From IMG/VR virus record IMGVR_UViG_3300030397_000634, positions 1 through 43,158 of that record: a stretch of 43,158 nucleotides of DNA; one strand, 5' to 3'. Numbering within the stretch: the stretch's first letter is position 1; every line of letters starts with the position of its first letter. Source of the DNA: a virus (taxonomy: Duplodnaviria; Caudoviricetes). The notes beneath the pieces are model-generated. The model was not told the origin of the DNA, ran no database searches, and worked only from the letters and a program-made list of their open reading frames with translations. The position numbers and the translations under genes were made by a program. Of the stretch, positions 9,468 to 19,282 are shown piece after piece.

Positions 9468-10376
9468 TCAAACTGCCAATTCCAAAACAGAATCAAATCT
9501 AAAGTCCTCATCGACCAAAGATTCAACATGATTGGGTAACCTCGTTGTTTTATGGGGCGTGTATAATGGGGCAACTTGACAACGGCAATTCCAACCATTA
9601 GGAGGCCAAATTATACCCCAAACTTCATGGTCACGGGGCTTTATTATACCTCCTAACTTCTCATGTTCGGCTCTGACCCTGTTATCTCCTTGGTTTACAT
9701 ATACAAATCCCCATATTGCTGGGTCTGCTCGAAAAACAACTCGTTGTGCTGTATTGTACGCAAACTGTGTGAAAGTATTGACCAACGTATCTATATAACT
9801 AGAAGACGAAGGAGCAAACCCCATATCAATCAACTTTTGGCCTAACTTAATTTTCTGCTGACGCTTTGTTAAGCCAAGTTTCGCGTATAGTTGCAATTCG
9901 GCGTTAATGCGTCGTTTTACGTCATGAAGCGACGATCGCAAAGTTCGATCCGCAATAGCATCCAAATTCTTGCTTAAAATGCCAACGTTTATTTCGATTT
10001 GTGAACCTATTCGTTTAATTTCTTTAGTTAAACGACTTAAATTGGCTGAAAGTGGCGTAGAAACAAACGTTCCTCGCCCCTGGTGAGATTGGTAAGACGA
10101 CAAAAATACATACTGCAGAATCGACGAAAATTCATGAGAAGTTGAAGACATATCAAAAGAGTCTAGCAATAACGTGTTACCAGACTCAATGCTTAAAATT
10201 GCAGCTGACCGAATGGCAGCGGCATACCGTTTCTTAAAGTCCATAGAAATCAATTGCTCGATTGCAAGGACTTCTTGCAATTGGAATTCGGCAATAGCCC
10301 TGTCCCGCGAAGTTGGTTGAATGAAACTTCCAGTAGGCATGGCCCGTGCAAAATCCTGGTTAAAAGGAATTAACAC
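9468..10376 (-). CDS. Mu gpF / SPP1 gp7-like head morphogenesis protein
   Basis: 'GDNRVRAEH' and 'PPNGWNCRC'. Confidence 0.88.
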   Translation of the reverse strand: MLIPFNQDFARAMPTGSFIQPTSRDRAIAEFQLQEVLAIEQLISMDFKKRYAAAIRSAAILSIESGNTLLLDSFDMSSTSHEFSSILQYVFLSSYQSHQGRGTFVSTPLSANLSRLTKEIKRIGSQIEINVGILSKNLDAIADRTLRSSLHDVKRRINAELQLYAKLGLTKRQQKIKLGQKLIDMGFAPSSSSYIDTLVNTFTQFAYNTAQRVVFRADPAIWGFVYVNQGDNRVRAEHEKLGGIIKPRDHEVWGIIWPPNGWNCRCQVAPLYTPHKTTRLPNHVESLVDEDFRFDSVLELAV

Positions 10377-10378
10377 GA

Positions 10379-11110
10379 TTAATCCTCTTCTGGTACCGAT
10401 GGCACATCGACCGCATGACTTAATAGATTTTGGCTTCCATCGAATAAACGAATACGCCCCGTTTTGATGCCGCTAAGCATTCGTTTAGCCTGCGACTTTG
10501 TCCTAGAAAATCGATGTTTTGAGGATTGGTTCTCAGGATTGAAATCGATCACGCCCTGTGCTTCATAAAGATGGATTCCCGCTAGCGTGTCTGCTATGTC
10601 CTTAATTACAACAGGAATCCCTGGGTCAGTGGTAAAGGGTACTGTATAATATCCGCCACTTAATGCTGAGTCTATAAATTCATCGGCATACACAGCCGAA
10701 TTACCAACATTAGTTACAAATTCAGGCTCATTGTCGCCGTTGACTGACGCCCATTTGCGTAAAGAAACTTCGCCGAACTTCCGTATCATTCCGGCGTATG
10801 AAGCATAACGACTAACAACCGGAATTTGTCCCGCCGTTCCGGCTTGAAAAACGTTTTGGCGGTGATTTAATACGCCATCGACATTGAAGGCAACAACAAA
10901 TTCATAAAACTCGCCTTCGACTAATCCCGTAACATCGTAGTCATAACTCCCAACCGCTACTTTATTCATAGCGGTATTAGCGGCCACAATTATGGTTTGA
11001 GTTGTAAGACTGCGAACCCCCCACAACGAAGCGGAATCTGCCAATACTACGCTGCTAGGGTCTACTGCAGACCCATCTTCGGCATAAGTAAAAGTTATGG
11101 TATGGTCCAT
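10379..11110 (-). CDS. Mu gp36 (DUF1320)-like head-tail adaptor with an extra N-terminal beta domain
   Basis: C-terminal half has 'YASYAGMIRKFG', 'ADEFIDSAL...YTVPF' and 'PVVIKDIADTLA'. Confidence 0.7.
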   Translation of the reverse strand: MDHTITFTYAEDGSAVDPSSVVLADSASLWGVRSLTTQTIIVAANTAMNKVAVGSYDYDVTGLVEGEFYEFVVAFNVDGVLNHRQNVFQAGTAGQIPVVSRYASYAGMIRKFGEVSLRKWASVNGDNEPEFVTNVGNSAVYADEFIDSALSGGYYTVPFTTDPGIPVVIKDIADTLAGIHLYEAQGVIDFNPENQSSKHRFSRTKSQAKRMLSGIKTGRIRLFDGSQNLLSHAVDVPSVPEED

Positions 11111-11856
11111 TACTCGCCTATCGAAATTGAAGCGGGTTGTATCGAAGCAAATTCTAAGGGCACTTTTTGGGTTAACACTTCATCAAAAGAAGTAATACCA
11201 CTGTATGCTAAATCAGCAGTCACAGTCATAATTAATTGTTGCTCTTTACTTTGAGTACTTAAAACAGGAATGTCGATTTGATAAACGCCAACAACACCAG
11301 TGAATGTAGCACTCGTTGGCAATCCCGCAGGCAATGTCCCACCCGCAGGGTCTTCATACGACACAGCAACGTCTTGATCCCGTGGATCATCTAGAATTCC
11401 CTGAGGATTTCTAACCAAAATCAAAATTCTAGTGTCCCTGGAATTTACTTTGGGGACAATTAGTGATGGCGGAATTAAAATTTCTAAACCGCCCGTACCA
11501 CCCATTACCGCACGACTATTGGTTTGCAAAAATTCAAAAACGGCCTCATGGGGAATGCCGCTTTGATTCCAACTAAATTTAGCTTCAATCCATGTATCAT
11601 CGAGACGCTGGCCACCCCCAGATAACGTTGCTTCATACTGACCAGTACCAAGCAACGCAACCCCTTCACTTGAGCCAACAAACGTATCATTTGGTCCCAA
11701 ATTTGCCCATGCCACAGTCGGTGCAGCATCTGGGGCCAATAAAGCACCATTAGCATCATAAATATCTAAACGTACAGTATGCAAACTAGACAAAATGCCC
11801 GACGTGGGAATTCTAGAATACTTGACTCCATAAGCTCTAGTTTTACGAACAGCCAT
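11110..11856 (-). CDS. Virion protein with two Ig-like beta modules (putative)
   Basis: Repeated 'GTGQYE' / 'VVGVYQ' strands; position in the head module. Confidence 0.45.
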   Translation of the reverse strand: MAVRKTRAYGVKYSRIPTSGILSSLHTVRLDIYDANGALLAPDAAPTVAWANLGPNDTFVGSSEGVALLGTGQYEATLSGGGQRLDDTWIEAKFSWNQSGIPHEAVFEFLQTNSRAVMGGTGGLEILIPPSLIVPKVNSRDTRILILVRNPQGILDDPRDQDVAVSYEDPAGGTLPAGLPTSATFTGVVGVYQIDIPVLSTQSKEQQLIMTVTADLAYSGITSFDEVLTQKVPLEFASIQPASISIGE

Positions 11857-11860
11857 AATT

Positions 11861-12127
11861 TTATATTCCCAACTTTACCGTCATAGTTGCACTGGTACCA
11901 GTGTTCCATACTCGCTTTACCGCCATGGGATGCCAAATACCTGCTGCTAACTCTCCTGACGCAAAAGTTACTTCCCGTCCCTCATGGTTCGTAACTTTTA
12001 ACTCGCCCTCTTCAGACAGGAGAATCGCACGAGTCTTGCCAGTCTCATTGACAGTGTCCGACTTAGTGGCGTTATAATAGTCGAATAAGGAATTAATTTG
12101 GCTAATATCGTGAATGCTACGTGACAT
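11861..12127 (-). CDS. Head-spike base protein (RcGTA Rcc01079-like)
   Basis: 88 aa with 'TRAIL...GELKV...VTF...AG.WHPMAVKRVWNTGTSAT'. Confidence 0.75.
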   Translation of the reverse strand: MSRSIHDISQINSLFDYYNATKSDTVNETGKTRAILLSEEGELKVTNHEGREVTFASGELAAGIWHPMAVKRVWNTGTSATMTVKLGI

Positions 12128-12194
12128 GCTATTTCCTTAAACAATGATGACAATTGTTACTGACTTTTACCCACGGTGTACTATTAAGCCCAAT

Positions 12195-14447
12195 CTAAAG
12201 TGATAATGAAACGCTCAACTTAGTGCGGCTTACTCCCCTACGAATAGAACTCAAAGACTTAATCGCCCCACTTGATAACTGGTGCCGATAAATACGCACA
12301 TCATCAATCGCACCATACCAAGACCTAGCAGCAGTTGGGTCTTCTGCATAATTCCCTATGTGTAGGTCTTCGTCGAAACTCAGAAATAACCCCTCTTGGC
12401 CTGTAACAACCAAACCACCAACCAGTTCTCCATTTACGTATAGCTTGGCTGTTGCGGTTGCTGCTTCAAGGGTAATGGCAATATGGTGCCAGCCCCCATC
12501 GCGTATGTTAGTAACGATCGTGGCACTAGACCAAGAAACTTGAACGCCTTTGTATTGGAAATTTATTCCCCCGCCGGGAGTATAAGCTAGAACTAGTTCA
12601 TTGGCAGACAATGCGTGAGTACCGCTCCATGCACGCACAAAATCCAAAGAATCGGAAGTGAGAAACCAACCAGCAATAGTAAAGTCTTCTGCACCATCTA
12701 GCACTTCCAGAGGAATCTCTACTTGTTGATTCTCGTCATTATCGAACTGCAAAGCACCTCCAACCTTACCCGTGATCCAATCATCAGGGTCTTCAAATCC
12801 TCCAACCAATATTCCGTCATTACTCTTACCAGAACTATCACTTGCAACTGTACCAGAAGTTTCATCAAACTTGTAATGGCCCTTTAGAGAATCCTCAAGA
12901 GTCAAGAAAAAAGAATCACTTGATTGAACTACATCCGTAACAGTTTTAACACTTCGACCCCTCCACTCGTTGCCATCACGTTCAATGAACTGTGTAAATC
13001 CATCCCCCCCGTTCGCTGCATCTTGATCGTTCACAAAAGTATTGAGGATTACATTTCCATTATTGCCGTAAGCAACTAACTGGGCAGTGTTAGGAGTCGT
13101 TATAGAGTGTCCTGCCGCTGTAAAGGCTAAGTTCTTAATGTCTTGCCCGTAATCTTCCCACTGACCGTTTCCTGAAATTCCTGGAGGTTTACGTGGATTC
13201 GCTGCCGGTATTGTATAATTTGGACTTACTTGTTCAGGATCATTACCTAACGACGAATGCCACAAAACTCCTGAATCATCCAACCAAGCATGATGCAATA
13301 AATGAACTGATTTATTTGGATGCAATGCTGCTTGTGCTTGAGCAAATGCCCATTGATCTGGTGTGGGTGCCCAAGGCATCGTTATCCACAAATCAGTCCT
13401 GTCGTGCATCGTGATAAGATGGGATTGGCAATAAAGGTCAGACTCACTTAACCCTGCCGATGCTTGGAAGCTGTCCTGTACGCTCATTATTCCTGGAGAT
13501 AGTCCGGCAACTGCTAAATCAACATCGCGTACAGTGTCTAGAACATCGTCTACATCGTGATTCCCTAGTGTAAACAATGTAGGCAGACCAGCAGCAATCA
13601 TTCCATCTACAGCAGATTTAGTATCTGCCCACTGTTGAGCGGTTGTCGCTACATTAACCATATCGCCTACGAAGACAGCAGCAGCTAAACAATCTGCCTG
13701 CCAATTAGCTACAAAATAATCCTTGAGTGCGGTTTTCTCCGCTGCATCCATTGATTGGATATCACCAATCACTGCAACACGGCTTAAAGGTCTTGCTACT
13801 CCAAGACGATGGATAGAGGCTACTTCAGTTGCGGTCAGAATACCTGTGTAGATTGCAACATCATCAAAGTGGCCGTTCCACGATCCATTTGCCGAAGGGT
13901 TATTAGCAGTGTTGCCTAGATGAAAATCTTCATCAACATCAATAGTTTGTCCTGTATCCCCTGCTATTACCTTAGAGACAGTTACCGATCCATTGATATA
14001 AAATGTGGCAGTGTTAGTAGATGAATCAAAAGTTATTGTCAGGGTGTGCCAACTTCCATCCCTAATGGTCACTCCCAAATCTGCTGTAGTAAAATCCTTA
14101 GATTGACCACGGTAAGTAAGTCTGACATTACTAGTCGGCAACGCAATGATATCTATAACAGCATCCATAGCAGCATGAGTGCCGGAAAAGATACGCCTCC
14201 AATTAGTTGAATCAGAGGCTTTCAGCCGGAAGCTAATGGAGAAGTCGCCAACCCCTTGTAAAACCGCAGAAGGTATAGCTACATACTGTTCCGTTGTATC
14301 AAACTCTATGGCACCATTGATATCGCCAGTAGTCCAGTCATCGGAATCTAACCCGTTCAACGTACCGTTATAGTTATTGTCGCTAGAATCAGCAGCGATT
14401 GTGCCAGACACTTCATCGAGTCTATAGTGAGCTATTAAATTTGCCAT
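12195..14447 (-). CDS. LamG - metallophosphoesterase - LamG protein, probable head fibre
   Basis: Two LamG/ConA domains ('HYRLDEVSG..A.DSS', 'GxWH', 'G..DDV.IY') flank calcineurin-like motifs GDIQ, GDMV, GNHD, HH and GH. Confidence 0.8.
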   Translation of the reverse strand: MANLIAHYRLDEVSGTIAADSSDNNYNGTLNGLDSDDWTTGDINGAIEFDTTEQYVAIPSAVLQGVGDFSISFRLKASDSTNWRRIFSGTHAAMDAVIDIIALPTSNVRLTYRGQSKDFTTADLGVTIRDGSWHTLTITFDSSTNTATFYINGSVTVSKVIAGDTGQTIDVDEDFHLGNTANNPSANGSWNGHFDDVAIYTGILTATEVASIHRLGVARPLSRVAVIGDIQSMDAAEKTALKDYFVANWQADCLAAAVFVGDMVNVATTAQQWADTKSAVDGMIAAGLPTLFTLGNHDVDDVLDTVRDVDLAVAGLSPGIMSVQDSFQASAGLSESDLYCQSHLITMHDRTDLWITMPWAPTPDQWAFAQAQAALHPNKSVHLLHHAWLDDSGVLWHSSLGNDPEQVSPNYTIPAANPRKPPGISGNGQWEDYGQDIKNLAFTAAGHSITTPNTAQLVAYGNNGNVILNTFVNDQDAANGGDGFTQFIERDGNEWRGRSVKTVTDVVQSSDSFFLTLEDSLKGHYKFDETSGTVASDSSGKSNDGILVGGFEDPDDWITGKVGGALQFDNDENQQVEIPLEVLDGAEDFTIAGWFLTSDSLDFVRAWSGTHALSANELVLAYTPGGGINFQYKGVQVSWSSATIVTNIRDGGWHHIAITLEAATATAKLYVNGELVGGLVVTGQEGLFLSFDEDLHIGNYAEDPTAARSWYGAIDDVRIYRHQLSSGAIKSLSSIRRGVSRTKLSVSLSL

Positions 14448-14809
14448 TATTTGCTTAAACCAGATACTTCGATGTATAAAGGGTGCTTATTTGTCCCTGC
14501 TATGTGTATCGGCGGATTGTTGGCCTGACTACTTCCAACATGCGATGATTTGTTTTTCAGCCCCTCAATAATTTTAACTAATTGTGCCTGGGTGGCTCTA
14601 AGTGTTTCTAATTCTTGTTTTACCTCGCCCAAACGGTCAATAGCAAAAGAAGTGGCGGCTTTCTCAGCAATTGGAACGCCGTTGCCCATAATTGCGACAC
14701 CCATAACACAAAGGAGTGCCAATGACATGGGCCATTTTACCTCTGATAAAATGGAAGAACGAGCAGTCCGAGCCACTTTAAAAGTTTCGAATCTACTTAG
14801 ATCGTTCAT
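14447..14809 (-). CDS. Single-TM coiled-coil protein (spanin-like candidate)
   Basis: Hydrophobic segment followed by a coiled coil; next to the holin-like gene. Confidence 0.4.
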   Translation of the reverse strand: MNDLSRFETFKVARTARSSILSEVKWPMSLALLCVMGVAIMGNGVPIAEKAATSFAIDRLGEVKQELETLRATQAQLVKIIEGLKNKSSHVGSSQANNPPIHIAGTNKHPLYIEVSGLSK

Positions 14810-15152
14810 TTTTCTTGTCCATCCAATGTGGTTTAATGCGACTTATAATAGCCCTCAACCCCGCACTGCCAAATGTCCCGAACACTACACATACAATTAA
14901 CACTAAACGAAATTCGATTATTTCCCCCTCCTTCTCTCTGGCAATCCCTAACACTCTATCCGACAAAAATTGCGACCCAGAAAAAACATAAACAGCCCAC
15001 CCTGAAAATGCACTAGACATAATGTCACCAACTACAACTTTCGTGGCCGGTCTTCTAATATCTAATGTCAATAACTGCATTATTACGCCGCCAAAAATGC
15101 CAGCCATAACGCAAGATATGTCCTGTGAATAAGTGCTAACATTTAAATCCAT
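14793..15152 (-). CDS. Holin-like multi-TM protein (start probably MDLNV at 15152, not 15356)
   Basis: About three hydrophobic segments and a basic C-terminal tail; AGGA upstream of 15152. Confidence 0.55.
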   Translation of the reverse strand: MDLNVSTYSQDISCVMAGIFGGVIMQLLTLDIRRPATKVVVGDIMSSAFSGWAVYVFSGSQFLSDRVLGIAREKEGEIIEFRLVLIVCVVFGTFGSAGLRAIISRIKPHWMDKKNERSK

Positions 15153-15270
15153 AGCAATTCGCAAAATCCTAATAATCTGCGTTATTATAAAGCACGCCGC
15201 CAAGCAAGGCCCGACCAAACCTGACGACGTGCACTGCGAACTTACAAAGTCTCGAAGGCGGAGGGGGAAA

Positions 15271-15732
15271 CTACCTCCCAGTACCAATGCAAGCCGCTTC
15301 AACAGGCTGTGGTGCACTATAAGTTGCCAATGTTGGCGACGTTTGGTACTGTGCATAAGCAGTTGTTTGTACCGCCCTAATTGTTGGTACCGCTACTTGC
15401 ACTTTACTAACTCTCTGTTGTCGACGAATCCGCAATTTTTGTAAAGGTCGCAAATTTACTGTTGCCGCCTCGACTGTTGCTTGGGCAGTTGCTACCGCCG
15501 GAGCAACGTAAGTTTGTACAACTTGAGGTTGGACATACGCTTGTACAACTTGAGGTTGGACATACGCTTGCACGATTTGGGGTTGGACATACGCCTCAAC
15601 CGAACACGGGTCGGATTGCACAACTTGAGCTTGAGCACTAGCAAAGCATGGAATTGGCACAACAGCAATCAGCATCGTAAACACGATACTTGTTATGCCA
15701 AACACTCTCAACGATTTCAACAACATTTTCAT
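15271..15732 (-). CDS. Secreted low-complexity V/Q/A protein with 9-aa repeats
   Basis: Signal-peptide-like N-terminus, GAGGAGGA RBS, AYVQPQ(I/V)VQ repeated three times. Confidence 0.65.
   Translation of the reverse strand: MKMLLKSLRVFGITSIVFTMLIAVVPIPCFASAQAQVVQSDPCSVEAYVQPQIVQAYVQPQVVQAYVQPQVVQTYVAPAVATAQATVEAATVNLRPLQKLRIRRQQRVSKVQVAVPTIRAVQTTAYAQYQTSPTLATYSAPQPVEAACIGTGR
15514..15594. repeat. 3 x 27-bp coding tandem repeat
   Basis: ttgtacaacttgaggttggacatacgc twice exactly, plus one diverged copy. Confidence 0.95.
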
Positions 15733-15766
15733 TCCTCCTCATTAAATGGAAATTTGACCCCTCATA

Positions 15767-16465
15767 CTATTCAACAGGCGGGGCGGGATCGACCAACCCA
15801 GCAAGTTTCTTCAATTCAACTAACTCTGACTGTATCTCATCGACTTGCTGATCATGCTTTAATTTAAGCATTTCAACACGAGACGCAGCACGGGCAGATT
15901 TTACGGCAATATCACCTCTGATACCAGCCTCAGCAAGAGCTAATTCACCCCTCGCTTCCCGCTTCAATCGATCAGACTCCTCTAACTTATCATAGGCGGC
16001 ATCAAGCTTCGCGATTAACGCTGCCGAGTCATCAACTTCCGACTTAACACTTTTAGTTTGTGCCTTCTTGCTAGCTGATGACTGCAACACCGGTTTTGTG
16101 GACAGTACCACTGCCCCTGATGGCAACCCGGCAGCAGAAGTAAATCCTTGGGGTTGGGCTGTTGAAAAGTTTCCTCCAGGTTGGACGCATACTGTTTGTC
16201 CATTAATAACTTGACAATTAGCCCCAGTAGACGTCGCCCCGACCGGTGCAACTCCAACAATAGACCCCTGGCCATTAACTTTAAGTCCGGCTTGGTTGGG
16301 GGGAGTGATAATTTGGCCTCCCCCTCCACTATTTCCACCTTGTCGATTAGCTCGACGTGCTCGGATTCGATCCCCAATTTTAGCATCTGCAGACGCCAGA
16401 AACACCATACTGGCACCAAGGGCCAGTAAGAGTACAACACCACATTTACGCCATTCCATCTTCAT
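15767..16465 (-). CDS. Secreted protein: signal peptide, G/Q-rich region, C-x7-C loop, C-terminal coiled coil
   Basis: 'MEWRKCGVVLLLALGA...ADA' and 'CQVINGQTVC'. Confidence 0.65.
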   Translation of the reverse strand: MKMEWRKCGVVLLLALGASMVFLASADAKIGDRIRARRANRQGGNSGGGGQIITPPNQAGLKVNGQGSIVGVAPVGATSTGANCQVINGQTVCVQPGGNFSTAQPQGFTSAAGLPSGAVVLSTKPVLQSSASKKAQTKSVKSEVDDSAALIAKLDAAYDKLEESDRLKREARGELALAEAGIRGDIAVKSARAASRVEMLKLKHDQQVDEIQSELVELKKLAGLVDPAPPVE

Positions 16466-16470
16466 CCCTC

Positions 16471-16911
16471 CTAATTTCTCAACAAAATACAGTAAAAAGT
16501 GTGAATTCGGCCTTTAGGCCCCCTAGCTACAGACGTTGCAGCCCCAGCCGAAGAATACTTGCCCCAAGGGTACCGCCCACGAACCATCATTCCTGTCGCC
16601 ATATTGCACGCATGAAAATGTCGACCTTCATGGTCCTGCACACTCCACATGCCCGCACCTTCCATGTCCGCAGGAGCAGAAGTTGATCTGCCTCTGCTGT
16701 TTCGAGCAACATGACCCATGCGAAACCGCCGAGCTTGGGCATCTGCTCGTTGCTGGGCAATGACTTGCAATTGCGGGTCGTAGCGTAAGGCATACAATCC
16801 TATTGCGGCACGTTTTGCATTGACCGAATGCAAAGCATTGGCAGCCCAACATTCCTCGTTATTCATCGCCAAAAACACGATAAACAAACAAATAGATTTA
16901 ACAAAATTCAT
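16471..16911 (-). CDS. Secreted CAP/SCP-like domain protein
   Basis: 'VNAKRAAIGLYALRYDPQL...AQQRADAQA....GH' and 'EGAG'. Confidence 0.7.
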   Translation of the reverse strand: MNFVKSICLFIVFLAMNNEECWAANALHSVNAKRAAIGLYALRYDPQLQVIAQQRADAQARRFRMGHVARNSRGRSTSAPADMEGAGMWSVQDHEGRHFHACNMATGMMVRGRYPWGKYSSAGAATSVARGPKGRIHTFYCILLRN

Positions 16912-16913
16912 AA

Positions 16914-17939
16914 CTAACTCCCCTCAGGTTTAACCACCACTCTTTCGTACATTTGCCCCGTAGTTTTACCCATGACCGTAATAACTAATGGTTCCGGAGT
17001 TTGTACTGGTGGTGGTTGGTCCGTCCGTAGATATTCATAGAACAAACGTTCATAATCTATTAAACCTCGGCCGTATGTGGGATCAGGACCATCTGGTCCA
17101 CGGTCTACCACATAAGTTTCTCGCTCTAATAACGCCCGATCAGTATTGGTTCGAACTTCACCAAATACTTTCTTTTCACCACTATTTAGTAATGCCAATG
17201 ATCCAGCAACATGAGGACAAGCAAATGATGTACCACTCCAAACTTGGTACGTATGGTCGGGCAGAGCAACACGTACGGATTCACCTGGGGCAACTAAATC
17301 AAGTTTAGCCCCAGTATTACTGAAGGAAGCATGCGTTAATGCCCTATTGACAGCACCAACGGAAACGGCATGATGACTGGGGAAACTGACACGATTATTA
17401 TGCTCGTTGCCGCTGGCAAAAATGCAAGGGACATTTTGCGATTTTGCATACTCAATAGCCCGTGGCATATACGGATCATCCATCGCTGCTCCAAATGACC
17501 CATTGATTACAGTAGCCCCGTGTTCCACTGCGTACCTAATACAATCAGCCAATTGGTCCGAACGGCCACTGCCATTAGTAGCAAGGCCCTGTATAAACAT
17601 CACTTTTGCATTCGGTGCTACTCCATTAGTTCTGCCTGCTGCCATTGACCCCGATGCTGTGCCATGCCCATTGTAATCTAAAGAATCGCCACGACTGCGA
17701 CGTACAAACGTCTTACTTTGTAGCATTCGCCCCGCAAATTCTGGATGGTCCTCAGGCGGAGCACCTGTATCAATGATGGCTATAATTTGATCAGCCCCAC
17801 CATCAAATTCTTGTTGAATCTGACGCAATCCGAACTGAGATATGTGCCAAGGATCGGCCATTGCTGATGGGCCGTCAAGTGTATCTATTATCCAATATGG
17901 AGGGGTACGAACCGTTTCAGGCATTGTAGAATTGCTCAT
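16914..17939 (-). CDS. Subtilisin-like S8 serine protease
   Basis: Catalytic motifs IDTG, GHGT and GTSFACP, plus oxyanion 'ASGN'. Confidence 0.93.
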   Translation of the reverse strand: MSNSTMPETVRTPPYWIIDTLDGPSAMADPWHISQFGLRQIQQEFDGGADQIIAIIDTGAPPEDHPEFAGRMLQSKTFVRRSRGDSLDYNGHGTASGSMAAGRTNGVAPNAKVMFIQGLATNGSGRSDQLADCIRYAVEHGATVINGSFGAAMDDPYMPRAIEYAKSQNVPCIFASGNEHNNRVSFPSHHAVSVGAVNRALTHASFSNTGAKLDLVAPGESVRVALPDHTYQVWSGTSFACPHVAGSLALLNSGEKKVFGEVRTNTDRALLERETYVVDRGPDGPDPTYGRGLIDYERLFYEYLRTDQPPPVQTPEPLVITVMGKTTGQMYERVVVKPEGS

Positions 17940-17940
17940 G

Positions 17941-18531
17941 CTAAACCCCCTCTAGTGTGAACATTTTTTCATAAAACATTGACCGCCCCAAATCGCCGGG
18001 AGTTGTAAACTTTCCGGCTAAATGAGGCACAGGATCAATTCCACCGCCGAATTGGTCGGCTGCCGCACAACCTCCTGAACAGAATGGCGGTTTGTCCGGA
18101 GATTTGCCCTCTTCTATGCTGTAATCATGGTCATACAATAATCTAATAACTGGTAAATACTGCAAAGAAGTAGCTACAATAGCAGCGTATCCATAGTCTT
18201 GGCCAGCATACTGCCGCATGTAAGCTGCTGACGCAGCACGGTTGAAAGGGGCCAAATTGTGTGGGTTTGTTCTGAAAACATCAATTTGGCCTGGGTAACG
18301 CAAAACTTGACTTTCTAGCGTTACAATTCTGCCGCCTTTGAATTCCCTTAATTCGACGCAGTATAATACTCCATCCCAAATGTCTACTTTTGCGGCATGT
18401 GAATATTCACTGCGTCCTATCGTTCTAATTCCCCTACTTATCAATCCATGACTTTTAAACAGCAAGAGGTCAGCTTGCTGTATTTCAGGCTGAGCCAGAC
18501 ACAAAGATAACTTTGTCGGTTTGACAACCAA
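17941..18531 (-). CDS. Permuted papain-like NlpC/P60 (YiiX/YebB-like) enzyme
   Basis: 'ADLLLF' and 'YSHAA' lie before 'PFCS' (His before Cys order); 'GQDYGY'. Confidence 0.8.
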   Translation of the reverse strand: MVVKPTKLSLCLAQPEIQQADLLLFKSHGLISRGIRTIGRSEYSHAAKVDIWDGVLYCVELREFKGGRIVTLESQVLRYPGQIDVFRTNPHNLAPFNRAASAAYMRQYAGQDYGYAAIVATSLQYLPVIRLLYDHDYSIEEGKSPDKPPFCSGGCAAADQFGGGIDPVPHLAGKFTTPGDLGRSMFYEKMFTLEGV

Positions 18532-18590
18532 GGGAGATTTCCATAAAATGAATTAGTTGCAAATTGCTGTGTACTATTGGTGGAATAGAG

Positions 18591-19217
18591 TCAACCAAAT
18601 TCAATAGGCAACATCAAATTGGTTGATATAACCGACGTTGAAAGAACCATGGTATCCAAAGGCACTTGGTAAATTTCAACGGATTCAGAAGACGCAAACA
18701 AACCAGACAAAAACTCAATAATTTGTTTAATTTGGTCCCAATTGTCAATGACAAATTGCATCCACCTAAGAACTGGTCCTTGTTCACTTTCCTCAGCGGT
18801 TCTTACTAAATTCTCAGCCGATACGGACTCCATCCATTCAATATGGGCCAACAACAAGTCCATTTTATCCGAATCATTAAGAAACTGCCGCAATTTTAAT
18901 CGAACAGTACGATTAGGTTCAGTATCAATTCCTCGTTTTAAAACAACCCGCAGCCCCGCTAATTTGGTCGATCTGTTTAAAACAAATCCTTTTGTTTTAA
19001 CTTCCGGCATTTGCTCCGCATCAACAGCTGACGTACCAACCAAATTAATTGAAAATGGATTATTCAGCGTTTCATCGAGAGTGGACGCTGAATTCGTCGT
19101 GAGCATGCCACAACCAACAGCAAAAACCAAAGTACCTATGGCACCAATCATAAAAAACGTTCCTCTCATAACACCCGTCCTTATTCTGTTGTTAAAACCA
19201 ACAATTCTGCCCACCAC
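18591..19217 (-). CDS. Putative lipoprotein, unknown function
   Basis: Hydrophobic N-region ending in lipobox-like 'FAVGC'. Confidence 0.5.
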   Translation of the reverse strand: MVGRIVGFNNRIRTGVMRGTFFMIGAIGTLVFAVGCGMLTTNSASTLDETLNNPFSINLVGTSAVDAEQMPEVKTKGFVLNRSTKLAGLRVVLKRGIDTEPNRTVRLKLRQFLNDSDKMDLLLAHIEWMESVSAENLVRTAEESEQGPVLRWMQFVIDNWDQIKQIIEFLSGLFASSESVEIYQVPLDTMVLSTSVISTNLMLPIEFG

Positions 19218-19282
19218 TTGACTAAATTGGATTACTTAGTCAAGTGGTGGGACAACCCGACTTATCGAATGGCGAAATCGCC

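Noticed and set aside
15153-15356. Long N-terminal extension of the holin-like ORF
   Set aside because: It overlaps the upstream gene by 86 nt and has no RBS; a downstream ATG has one.
15514-15594. CRISPR mini-array
   Set aside because: The repeats are contiguous, have no spacers and are in frame within a gene.
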